In this document: piece by piece, positions 37,459 to 47,017 of the stretch
Position numbering within the stretch: position 1 is the first letter of the stretch
Layout of the letters: each line of letters opens with the position of its first letter
Source of the DNA: Vicinamibacterales bacterium
Lineage (GTDB): Bacteria > Acidobacteriota > Vicinamibacteria > Vicinamibacterales > UBA8438
Length of the DNA: 64,000 bases
Direction of reading: 5' to 3'
NCBI GenBank assembly: GCA_965203565.1
Contig: OZ241896.1
Span: forward strand, 41,707-105,706
Notes under the pieces: generated by a model
Databases searched by the model: none
The model's input: the letters and a program-made list of their open reading frames with translations, nothing else
Told to the model about the DNA's origin: nothing
Translations under genes and position numbers: made by a program

Positions 37459-37480
37459 ACGTCCCCGACTTCGGACGTCT
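37459..37480 (+). terminator. possible terminator hairpin after the radical SAM gene
   Basis: GACGTCC-ccgacttc-GGACGTC, a 7-bp stem, lies 17 nt after the stop. There is no U-tract, so the call is weak. Confidence 0.25.
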
Positions 37481-37506
37481 CGAATCGGCCAGGCGGCTGG
37501 TTTCAC

Positions 37507-37664
37507 AGCCCGTGGTGGAATCCCCGCGTCGCGCCGAGAGCGGTGAGGCGCCCGCCTGACAAGGCGTGAGGAGGGCGCATATTGGGCATATGCAACCGAC
37601 GAACAACGCCGTCAGGCGGGATGCATCGCCGCTCGAATGCAGCGGGGATTTTCGCCACGGGCTG
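37507..37664 (-). mobile_element. MITE-like hairpin repeat, copy 4 (158 bp, inverted orientation)
   Basis: Flanked by direct TTCA (37503-37506 and 37665-37668). The right-hand TSD contains the mfd stop codon (TCA = TGA on the minus strand). Confidence 0.85.
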
Positions 37665-37665
37665 T

Positions 37666-40600
37666 TCAGCCGCCGGGCGCCGCGTCGCGCAGTTCCTCCA
37701 ACAGCGCGCCGACCTGCCGCAGGAGCGCGTCGTCGTCGTCGCCGGCGCCGCGGCCGGCCCGGCCCTCGCCGCCGGGCGGCGGGGCCAGCGCGTCGAGGTC
37801 GATGCGGAGCACCGCCGGCGGGGTGACGGCGACGGCCGGCCGGGCCTGGACGAAGGCGACGAGCTGCGCCGGGTCGAGCCGGGCGCGCTCGCCGAAGCGC
37901 ACGACGAGCCGCCGCCGCTCCCGTTCTATCGACTCCGCGCCCAGGCGGTCGGCCAGCAGCCGGATCCGGCCGTACTGCGCCAGGCGCAGGACGGAGGGGG
38001 GCGCGGGACCGTAGCGGTCCGCGGTCTCGTCGAGCACCGCGGCCAGCGCGGCCTCGTCCCGCGCGCCCGCCACCCGCCGGTACAGCGCCAGCCGCTGGTT
38101 CGTCTCCGCGACGTACCGCTCGTCTATCCGCAGGTCGACCCCCAGGTTGACGGCGGACCGGTGGTCGTCCTCCACCTCCTCCCCCTTCAGCTCGCGCACC
38201 GTCTGATCGAGCAGCTTCACGTACAGGTCGAACCCGATAGCCTCGATGTGGCCGCTCTGCTGCGCGCCGAGCAGGTTGCCGGCGCCGCGGATCTCCAGGT
38301 CGAGCGCGGCCACGCGGAAGCCGCTCCCGAGATCGCTGAACTCCCGGATGGCGGCCAGCCGGCGGCGGGCGACGTCCGACAGGGCGTCGCCGGGCGGAAC
38401 CAGCAGGTAGGCGTAGGCGCGCCGTCCGGACCGTCCGACCCGGCCGCGCAACTGGTAGAGCTGCGACAGGCCGTACCGCTCGGCGTGGTTGACGATGATC
38501 GTGTTGACGTTCGGGATGTCGAGGCCGTTCTCGATGATGGTGGTCGCCAGCAGCACGTCGTACTCGCGGGCGACGAAATCGAGCATCACCTGCTCGAGCG
38601 CCGCCTCGCTCGACTGGCCGTGCGCCACGGCCAGCCGGGCCTCGGGCGCTATCCGCCGGATCATGGCGGCCACCGAGTGGATCGAGTCGATCCGGTTGTG
38701 GACGAAGTAGACCTGCCCGTTCCGCTCCAGCTCCGCCCGGATCGCGCGCGCCGCCACCGCCGTGTCGAACTGGACGACGTTCGTCTGGATCGCCAGCCGG
38801 TCCTTGGGCGGCGTCTCGATGACCGACATGTCGCGGATACCCATCAGCGACATGTTCAGCGTGCGGGGGATCGGCGTGGCGGTCAGCGTCAGCACGTCCA
38901 CCTTCCGGCGCAGCCGCTTGATCCGCTCCTTGTGCGCGACGCCGAACCGCTGCTCCTCGTCGACGACGAGCAGCCCGAGGTCGTGGAACCGCACGTCCTT
39001 CGACAGCAGGCGGTGGGTGCCGATCATCACGTCGACCTTGCCGGCCGCGAGGTCGGCCAGGACCGCCCGCTGCTCGGCGCGGCTCCGGAACCGGCTCACC
39101 ATCTCGATCCGGACCGGGAACGCCGCGAAGCGCGCCGTCACCGTCTTCAGGTGCTGGAACGCCAGCACGGTGGTCGGGGCGAGCAGCGCCACCTGCTTGC
39201 CGTCGATGACCGCCTTGAAGGCGGCCCGCAGCGCCACCTCGGTCTTGCCGTACCCGACGTCGCCGCACAGCAGGCGGTCCATCGGCGACGGCGCCTCCAT
39301 GTCCCGCTTGACGTCGGCGACCGCCGCCGCCTGATCGGGCGTGAGCGGGTGCTCGAACGCCGCGTCGAACTCCTCCTGCCAGTGGCTGTCGGGGCTGAAG
39401 CGGTGGCCGGCGGCCGCCTTGCGGGCGGCGTACAGCCGGAGCAGCTCCTGCGCCATGTCGCGCATGGCGCGCCGCACGCGGGTCTTCGCCTTCTCCCACG
39501 TCGCCCCGCCCAGCTTGTCGACCGTCGGCCGCTGGCCGCCGGTGTACTTCTGAACCAGGTCGAGCTGCTCGACCGGCACGAACAGCTTGTCGCCGGCGGC
39601 GTACCGGAGCTCCATCAGCTCGTGCGCCGCGCCGCCGACCGCCATCCGCCGCAAGCCGACGAAGGCGCCCACTCCGTGGTCCACGTGCACCACGTGGTCG
39701 CCCACCTTCAGGTCGCGCAGGTCGGACAGGAACGACCGGGCCGCCGGCCGGCCGGCGTCGCGGCGCTGTTCGGCGAACAGGTCGGTCTCGGCATGCAGGC
39801 GGAGGCCCGCTTCGGGCAGCCGGAACCCCTGCGACAGCCGCCCGGTCGCCACCAGCAGCGACGCGCCGGCCGCCGCGTCCGGATCCCCGACCGAGACGGC
39901 GCGCAGGTCGTACTCCCGGAGGAGCTCCGCGATCCGCTCGGCGCGGCCGGCGGTGGCCGCAAAGAAGAGCTGCGTCTCGCCCCGGTCGCGGCCGGCCCGG
40001 ACCTCCGCGACCCAGTCGGCCAGCCGGCCGTGGCGCCGGACCGCAGGCTGGCACGAAACGCGGCGCGCGCCGGCCCGTGCGCCCGCTCCTTCCCCGGCGC
40101 CGGCCGGACCGGCGCCGGGATCGTCCAGGTCAAGCGTCTCGAACCGCGTCGACGCCGCCGCAATCACGCGGGCCGCCTCCGGCCCGGCCAGCAGCGCCTC
40201 CGGCGGCAGGACGCTGCGGCCCTGGTCCACCGCGGTCCGGTGGCTCCGCTCGATCTGCTCCATCCGGTCCGCCGTCCGGCGGGCGCACGCCTCGGCCTCC
40301 CGGATGACCACCCGCATCGACGCCGCGGCCAGATAGTCGAGGATGCTGGCGCCGCGGTCGAGGGCCGGCTCGGCCAGGTCCTCCGCCGGCTCGACGTCCG
40401 CATCACGGCCGCCGCCGAGCCGATCGAACAGGTCGCGAAGCGGAACGACGGCGGTGCGGTCCAGCTGCGCGATCGACCGTTGGGAGCCGGGGTCGTACCG
40501 CCGGAGCGACTCGATCACGTCGCCGGCGAACTCCACCCGCACCGGATGCTCCTCCCCGGCCGGGAAGAAGTCCACGACTCCGCCGCGCACGCAGTACTCG

Positions 40601-41139
40601 CCGTGCCGATCGACCGGGTCACCCGGCGTGAAGCCGCCGTCGGCGAGCAGCGCGCCGAGCGCGGTCGGCGACGAGAAGCCGCCCACGACCAGCGTCTCCG
40701 CGGCGGCGAGCAGGCGCGCCGGCGGACTGAGGCGCGGCAGCAGCGCCGCCGCCGACGCCACGACGAGGCGCGCCGTCCCCTGCGCCATCGCGGTCAGCGC
40801 GCGCGCCCGGGTCGCCGTCACGTCCAGGTGCGGCGCGATGGCGTGGTACGGATCGACCTCCGGCGACGGCAGCGGCAGGACCGCCCGCGCCGGGTCGCGC
40901 GCCGCCGCGCCGAGCAGCGCGGCGGCGAACAGCCGCGCGTCGGCGGCCGCCGCCTCCATCTCGGCGTCGGACGGCGCCACCAGGAGAACCGGCGCCTCGG
41001 CCGCCATCGCGGCGGCGGCCAGCGCCTGGGCCGGCGGCGACAGGCCGGCCACCACCGGCGCGGCGGCGGCGAGTCCGGCCCGGTCGGCGGCCGACTTGAG
41101 GGCCGCCTTCAGCGTGAGCGGCGTCGCGGCAAGCGGCAC
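37666..41139 (-). CDS. mfd: transcription-repair coupling factor
   Basis: 1157-aa ORF. The helicase motif is LLCGDVGYGKTEVA, followed by DLGLLVVDEEQRFGV. The layout is UvrB-homology N-terminus, CarD-like VGDHVVHVDHGVG, and a TRG-type C-terminus. Confidence 0.95.
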   Translation of the reverse strand: MPLAATPLTLKAALKSAADRAGLAAAAPVVAGLSPPAQALAAAAMAAEAPVLLVAPSDAEMEAAAADARLFAAALLGAAARDPARAVLPLPSPEVDPYHAIAPHLDVTATRARALTAMAQGTARLVVASAAALLPRLSPPARLLAAAETLVVGGFSSPTALGALLADGGFTPGDPVDRHGEYCVRGGVVDFFPAGEEHPVRVEFAGDVIESLRRYDPGSQRSIAQLDRTAVVPLRDLFDRLGGGRDADVEPAEDLAEPALDRGASILDYLAAASMRVVIREAEACARRTADRMEQIERSHRTAVDQGRSVLPPEALLAGPEAARVIAAASTRFETLDLDDPGAGPAGAGEGAGARAGARRVSCQPAVRRHGRLADWVAEVRAGRDRGETQLFFAATAGRAERIAELLREYDLRAVSVGDPDAAAGASLLVATGRLSQGFRLPEAGLRLHAETDLFAEQRRDAGRPAARSFLSDLRDLKVGDHVVHVDHGVGAFVGLRRMAVGGAAHELMELRYAAGDKLFVPVEQLDLVQKYTGGQRPTVDKLGGATWEKAKTRVRRAMRDMAQELLRLYAARKAAAGHRFSPDSHWQEEFDAAFEHPLTPDQAAAVADVKRDMEAPSPMDRLLCGDVGYGKTEVALRAAFKAVIDGKQVALLAPTTVLAFQHLKTVTARFAAFPVRIEMVSRFRSRAEQRAVLADLAAGKVDVMIGTHRLLSKDVRFHDLGLLVVDEEQRFGVAHKERIKRLRRKVDVLTLTATPIPRTLNMSLMGIRDMSVIETPPKDRLAIQTNVVQFDTAVAARAIRAELERNGQVYFVHNRIDSIHSVAAMIRRIAPEARLAVAHGQSSEAALEQVMLDFVAREYDVLLATTIIENGLDIPNVNTIIVNHAERYGLSQLYQLRGRVGRSGRRAYAYLLVPPGDALSDVARRRLAAIREFSDLGSGFRVAALDLEIRGAGNLLGAQQSGHIEAIGFDLYVKLLDQTVRELKGEEVEDDHRSAVNLGVDLRIDERYVAETNQRLALYRRVAGARDEAALAAVLDETADRYGPAPPSVLRLAQYGRIRLLADRLGAESIERERRRLVVRFGERARLDPAQLVAFVQARPAVAVTPPAVLRIDLDALAPPPGGEGRAGRGAGDDDDALLRQVGALLEELRDAAPGG

Positions 41140-41156
41140 GTCGTCACCACGGGCGG

Positions 41157-42530
41157 TCAGGACTCCGCCGGCGCGCGGAACCGGATGTTCGGCGTGAACG
41201 TCCAGGAATGGGCCGGCCGGTAGATCCCGGCGTCCTTCGTGCGCGACTTCACGCGGAAGGTGTACAGCAGGCGGTGGTAGTCGTACGGCGCGCCGTCATG
41301 GCGGTGGGCGGCGACGTCGAGCTTGTACGTCCCCTCCACCAGGTCGAGGCGGTCGATGGTGAACACGACCTCGCCGGCGCCGGCCATCGTCTCCGGCGTC
41401 ATCCGCTCGATGTCGGTGTTGGTGCCGTAGCAGCAGACCCCTTCGGCGTTGAAGATGCTGACGCCGAAGACGAAGTCGGTCACCGCGGCCGGGGCGGCGA
41501 CCCGCATCCGGACCGCCATCCGTGCGCCGGACGGGAACAGGTGGGCCGGCCCGTCGTCCCCCTCCAGCGCGACCGCCTCTATCGTGACCGGCCCGTCGCC
41601 CCACCGCCCCGGCGCCGCCCGGAACATGTCGGCCTGCTGATCGGCGGGGGCCTGCGCCGCGGCGCCGGGGATCGCGGCGCCGGGAGCCGCGCCGCCGGAG
41701 GCCGCGCCGGCGCCGTCCCCCTTCCGGGCCGCCTCCTGCATGCGCCGGTCGCTCGCGGCCAGCGTCCGCTCCTCCGCCTTCTCCACCTGGCTCACGTACG
41801 CCTGCACCACCCGCCGCGGGTCGCCGAGGGCCCGTTCGGCCCCTCGGTCGATCCAGAGCGCCTCGTCGCAGAAACGCTCCACCATCCCCAGCCCGTGAGT
41901 GACCAGGACGATCGTCTTCCCCCGGCGCTTGTACTCGGCGAACTTGTCGAGGCACTTCAGGCTGAACGCCTCGTCGCCGACCGCCAGCACCTCGTCGACC
42001 AGCAGGACGTCGGGGTCCACGTGCACCGCGACGGCGAACCCGAGCCGCATGTACATCCCGGACGAGTACGTCTTGACGGGAGCATCGATGAACGCCTCCA
42101 GCTCGGCGAACTCGACGATCTCGTCGAAGCGGCGCGCGATCTCCCGCTTCGTCAGCCCAAGCATCACCCCGTTGACGAAGACGTTCTCGCGACCCGATAT
42201 CTCCGGGTGGAAACCGGCGCCGAGCTCGATCAGGGCCGAGATCCGCCCCGATATCCGGACGCGGCCGGAGGTCGGCTTCGTGATGCCGGCGATCAGCTTC
42301 AGCGTGGTGCTCTTGCCCGAACCGTTTCGGCCGATGACGCCGAACGCGCAGCCGGCGGGAACGGCGAGCGACAGCCGGTCGACCGCCAGGAACGTCTCCT
42401 CGGGGCCGAGGCCGCCCGCCAGGCTCCCCTTCAGGATGGCGCTCTTGAGCGTGGCGAACCGCCGCCGGTGGGCGTAACGGCGGTACACCTTCGAGACTTC
42501 CTCGAACTCGACGGCGACGGCGGCGCTCAT
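41157..42530 (-). CDS. wzt: polysaccharide/O-antigen ABC exporter ATP-binding protein with Wzt_C-like domain
   Basis: The start at 42528-42530 (MSAAVAVEFEEVSK) overlaps wzm by 4 nt. It has Walker A GRNGSGKST, signature YSSGMYMRLGFA and Walker B LLVDEVLAVGD. The C-terminal beta-rich domain ends YTFRV. Confidence 0.85.
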   Translation of the reverse strand: MSAAVAVEFEEVSKVYRRYAHRRRFATLKSAILKGSLAGGLGPEETFLAVDRLSLAVPAGCAFGVIGRNGSGKSTTLKLIAGITKPTSGRVRISGRISALIELGAGFHPEISGRENVFVNGVMLGLTKREIARRFDEIVEFAELEAFIDAPVKTYSSGMYMRLGFAVAVHVDPDVLLVDEVLAVGDEAFSLKCLDKFAEYKRRGKTIVLVTHGLGMVERFCDEALWIDRGAERALGDPRRVVQAYVSQVEKAEERTLAASDRRMQEAARKGDGAGAASGGAAPGAAIPGAAAQAPADQQADMFRAAPGRWGDGPVTIEAVALEGDDGPAHLFPSGARMAVRMRVAAPAAVTDFVFGVSIFNAEGVCCYGTNTDIERMTPETMAGAGEVVFTIDRLDLVEGTYKLDVAAHRHDGAPYDYHRLLYTFRVKSRTKDAGIYRPAHSWTFTPNIRFRAPAES

Positions 42531-43336
42531 ACCTCCTCCGCGAACGAGTCGCGCAGCCGGTCGAACAGCGCGTAGCCGAGCGCCATCAGCGCCACCGACA
42601 GCGCCGCGAGCGCGAGGAGCCACTTCCAGTGTCCGAACGGCCCGTCGTAGAACAGGATCTCCTGGTACGAGATGGCGAGGTGCGCGAACGGGTTCAGGTC
42701 CATGAAGACCTTCCCGCCCGGCGGGATCATCGACATCGGGTAGATGATCGGCGTCGAGAAGAACCAGAGCGTCAGGAGGTTGCCCAGCAGGTCGCGGATG
42801 TCCCGGAAATGGACGGTCAGCGCCGACAGGACCAGGCCGAGCCCCAGCGTCAGCAGCAGCTGCACGGCGATCACCACCGGTATCCAGGCCAGCTCGGCCG
42901 CGCGCAGCGGACCGGGCAGCTCGCCGATGGCGGCGTAGAACGCGAGGAACCCGCCCAGCACCGGCAGCGCGAAGAAGAAGTGGAACATGTTCGCGAGCAC
43001 CGAGACTATCGGAAGGATCTCGGCCGGGAACATCACCTTCTTGATCAGGTTCCCGTTGGCGATCAGCACGTTCGACGTTTCGAGCAGCGACGACGAGAAC
43101 CAGGTCCACGGGAGCAGCCCGCAGAAGAGGAACAGCGCGTACGGCTCCAGGTCGGCCCGGAAGCCGGGCAGGATCACCGAGAAGACGAACGAATAGACCA
43201 GCAGCAGCAGCAGCGGGTTGGCGAACGACCAGAAGAACCCGAGGATCGACCCGCGGTAGCGCGCCTTCAGCTCGCGGACGACGAGCGTCCGGACGAGGCC
43301 GCGGCACCGGAGAAGCTGCCGGAGGTTAGCCAGCAT
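42527..43336 (-). CDS. wzm: ABC-2 type exporter permease
   Basis: 269-aa ORF. The N-terminus is LVVRELKARYRGSILGFFWSF, followed by six hydrophobic helices. Confidence 0.85.
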   Translation of the reverse strand: MLANLRQLLRCRGLVRTLVVRELKARYRGSILGFFWSFANPLLLLLVYSFVFSVILPGFRADLEPYALFLFCGLLPWTWFSSSLLETSNVLIANGNLIKKVMFPAEILPIVSVLANMFHFFFALPVLGGFLAFYAAIGELPGPLRAAELAWIPVVIAVQLLLTLGLGLVLSALTVHFRDIRDLLGNLLTLWFFSTPIIYPMSMIPPGGKVFMDLNPFAHLAISYQEILFYDGPFGHWKWLLALAALSVALMALGYALFDRLRDSFAEEV

Positions 43337-44102
43337 CGACGTCGATCATGACCACGGTGACGTTGTCCGGTCCGCCGCGCGCGTTGACCAGCCGCACCAG
43401 CTCGTCGCACGCCGCCTGCCGGTCTGCGCGCCCCGATGCGACGTCGCCGATTTCCGGGTCCGGCAGCACCGACGAGAGGCCGTCGGAGCAGAGGAGCAGG
43501 CGGTCGCCCGGCCGGAGCGCCAGGTCCTCCGCGTCCGCTTCCACCCCCGGCTCGCCGGTGAGCGCCCGCGTGACGAAGTGGCGCCACGGATGCGCGCGCG
43601 CGGCGGTCTCCGTCATCCGTCCCTCCCGCACCTGGTCCTCCACCCACGAGTGGTCGCGCGTGAGACGGGTCAGGCCGCCCGCTCGGCACAGGTACGCCCG
43701 GCTGTCGCCTACGTGGGCGAGCGCGCCGCCCGGGTCGGCCGTCAGCACCGCCACGGCGGTCGTCGCCATCCCGCGCAGCTCCGCCGCGGCCGCCGCGCGA
43801 TCCGCTATCCGCCGATTCGCCCGGTCGAAGCCGGCGCGCAGCCGGTTGCCCCCCCGGCCGAGCGCCGCATCGAACGGGACGGGCCATGCGTCGTCAGCGC
43901 CGAGCGCCGCCGTCGCCTCCACCACCCCGGAGATCGCCTCCACTGCGAGCTGCGCCGCCACCTCGCCGGCCGCATGTCCGCCCATCCCGTCGGCCACCAC
44001 GAACAGCCCCAGCTCCGGGCGTGCGCAGTAGCAATCTTCGTTGTGGGAGCGGCGGCGGCCGACGTCGGTGCGGGCGGCCCAGGATGCGTGCATCGATCTC
44101 AT
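43326..44102 (-). CDS. PP2C-family Ser/Thr phosphatase
   Basis: RTDVGRRRSHNEDCY...FVVADGMGGHAAGEVA...LCSDGLS...GGPDNVTVVMIDV. The stop overlaps the wzm start by 11 nt. The remainder of the 798-aa ORF is shadow. Confidence 0.85.
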   Translation of the reverse strand: MRSMHASWAARTDVGRRRSHNEDCYCARPELGLFVVADGMGGHAAGEVAAQLAVEAISGVVEATAALGADDAWPVPFDAALGRGGNRLRAGFDRANRRIADRAAAAAELRGMATTAVAVLTADPGGALAHVGDSRAYLCRAGGLTRLTRDHSWVEDQVREGRMTETAARAHPWRHFVTRALTGEPGVEADAEDLALRPGDRLLLCSDGLSSVLPDPEIGDVASGRADRQAACDELVRLVNARGGPDNVTVVMIDVDAG

Positions 44103-44164
44103 CCGCGGACGCGAGGCCCCGGGCGGCGCCCCCCGCAACCCGGCGGGGCCGCGCCGGCGGGCCG

Positions 44165-44599
44165 CTACAGTCCCGCCCGCGGCCGCACCCGGACCTTCGA
44201 CGCCACCTGCAACCGGACGAGCGACTTGAGGAGCGCGATGCGGGCCCGTTCGAAGTCGACGTCGACGGCGCGCGTTTCGAGGCGTTCGCGCGCGCGGCGC
44301 TCGGCCGCCCTCGCGCGGTCCACGTCTATCGTCTCGGCGCGTTCGGCGATCCGCGCCAGGACCGTGACGCGGTCCGGAAGGATCTCGGCGAACCCGAACG
44401 CCACCGAGGCGAACAGCCGCTCCTCGCCCTGCCGGAACCAGAGCTCGCCGACCCGGAGCGCCGTCACCAGCGGCGTATGCCCCGGCAGCACGCCGAGGAA
44501 CCCTTCTGCTCCCGGGATCTGAACCTCGTCCACCGACTCGTGGACCATCGAGCGATCGGGCGTGACCAGCTCGAACCGGAGTGACGACGGAAGCGCCAT
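44165..44599 (-). CDS. atpC: F1 ATP synthase epsilon subunit
   Basis: 144 aa. LRFELVTPDRSMVHESVDEVQIPGAEGFLGVLPGHTPL is a typical epsilon N-terminus. Confidence 0.9.
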   Translation of the reverse strand: MALPSSLRFELVTPDRSMVHESVDEVQIPGAEGFLGVLPGHTPLVTALRVGELWFRQGEERLFASVAFGFAEILPDRVTVLARIAERAETIDVDRARAAERRARERLETRAVDVDFERARIALLKSLVRLQVASKVRVRPRAGL

Positions 44600-44620
44600 G
44601 TCGATTCGCCTCGGACCGGG

Positions 44621-46120
<1,500 letters not shown>

Positions 46121-46121
46121 T

Positions 46122-46138
46122 CAGCCCGCCACGGGCTG
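46122..46138. repeat. 17-bp mini-hairpin made of the fused tips of the MITE terminal repeats
   Basis: CAGCCCG-CCA-CGGGCTG equals the first 7 nt plus the last 10 nt of the repeat. It directly abuts the atpG stop codon (CTA at 46139-46141). Confidence 0.6.
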
Positions 46139-47017
46139 CTACAGCGCCTCGGCGCCCGACACCACCTCGATCAGCTCGTGCGTGATGGCGGCCTGCCGCA
46201 CCTTGTTCATGTGCAGCGTCAGCCCGTCGATCATCTCGCCCGCGTTCCGGGTGGCCGCGTCCATCGCCGTCATCCGCGACGCATGCTCGGCCGCCGCCGA
46301 CTCCAGCAGCGCGTGGAAAAGCTGCGTCTCGACGTAGCGGGGCAGCAGGTCGGCGAAGATCCGTTCCGGGGACGGCTCGAACAGATAGTCGGCCGGCGCC
46401 GCTTCCGCCGCGTCTTCCGGCGCCTCGATCGGCGGGACCGGCAGCACCTGGTCGATCGTCACCTTCTGCTGCAGCACGCTCTTGAACTCGTTGTAGAGGA
46501 CCGCGACTTCGGAGACCTCGCCCGACTCGTACTGCGCAACGGCCGTCTCGGCCATCGCCTCGGCATGGGCGTACCGGAGGTCGCCGAACAGGTTCACCAG
46601 CTCGAACCGGACGTCGGCGCCGGCCCAGCGGCGGGTGAAGAAGTCACGCCCCTTGCGCCCGACCAGGCCGAGCGCGACCTCACGGCCGGCGGCGGTGGCG
46701 GCGAAGCCGGCCGCGCGGCGGATCAGCGCGGAGTTGAAGCTGCCGCACAGCCCCTTGTCGGCCGTCACGACGAACAGCAGGATCGGCGCGTCGGGCGACG
46801 ACGGCGGCGCGAGGAGCGGATGCCCGGCGGCCGACCCGCCGCGGGCCGCGAGGCCGCTCAGCATCCGCTGCATCCGCTCGGCGAACGGCCGCGCGCCGAC
46901 TATCCGGTCCTGCGCGCGGCGCAGCTTCGAGGCGGCGACCGTCTTCATCGCCTTCGTGATCTGCTCCGTCGACTTGACGGCCCGGATCCGGCGCCGGAGG
47001 TCTATGAGAGACGGCAT
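46139..47017 (-). CDS. atpG: F1 ATP synthase gamma subunit
   Basis: 292 aa. MPSLIDLRRRIRAVKSTEQITKAMKTVAASKLRRAQ is the canonical gamma N-terminus. Confidence 0.95.
   Translation of the reverse strand: MPSLIDLRRRIRAVKSTEQITKAMKTVAASKLRRAQDRIVGARPFAERMQRMLSGLAARGGSAAGHPLLAPPSSPDAPILLFVVTADKGLCGSFNSALIRRAAGFAATAAGREVALGLVGRKGRDFFTRRWAGADVRFELVNLFGDLRYAHAEAMAETAVAQYESGEVSEVAVLYNEFKSVLQQKVTIDQVLPVPPIEAPEDAAEAAPADYLFEPSPERIFADLLPRYVETQLFHALLESAAAEHASRMTAMDAATRNAGEMIDGLTLHMNKVRQAAITHELIEVVSGAEAL

Noticed and set aside
37582-41223. 1213-aa plus-strand ORF opposite mfd. Similar giant shadow ORFs: 47017..50721 (opposite atpA and the inserted gene), 44711..47113, 60183..62894, 5773..8229, 3427..4824 and 3477..5705.
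   Set aside because: Each lies opposite or overlapping a gene with unmistakable conserved motifs. Each has Arg/Gly/Pro/Asp-biased composition typical of GC-rich antisense frames.
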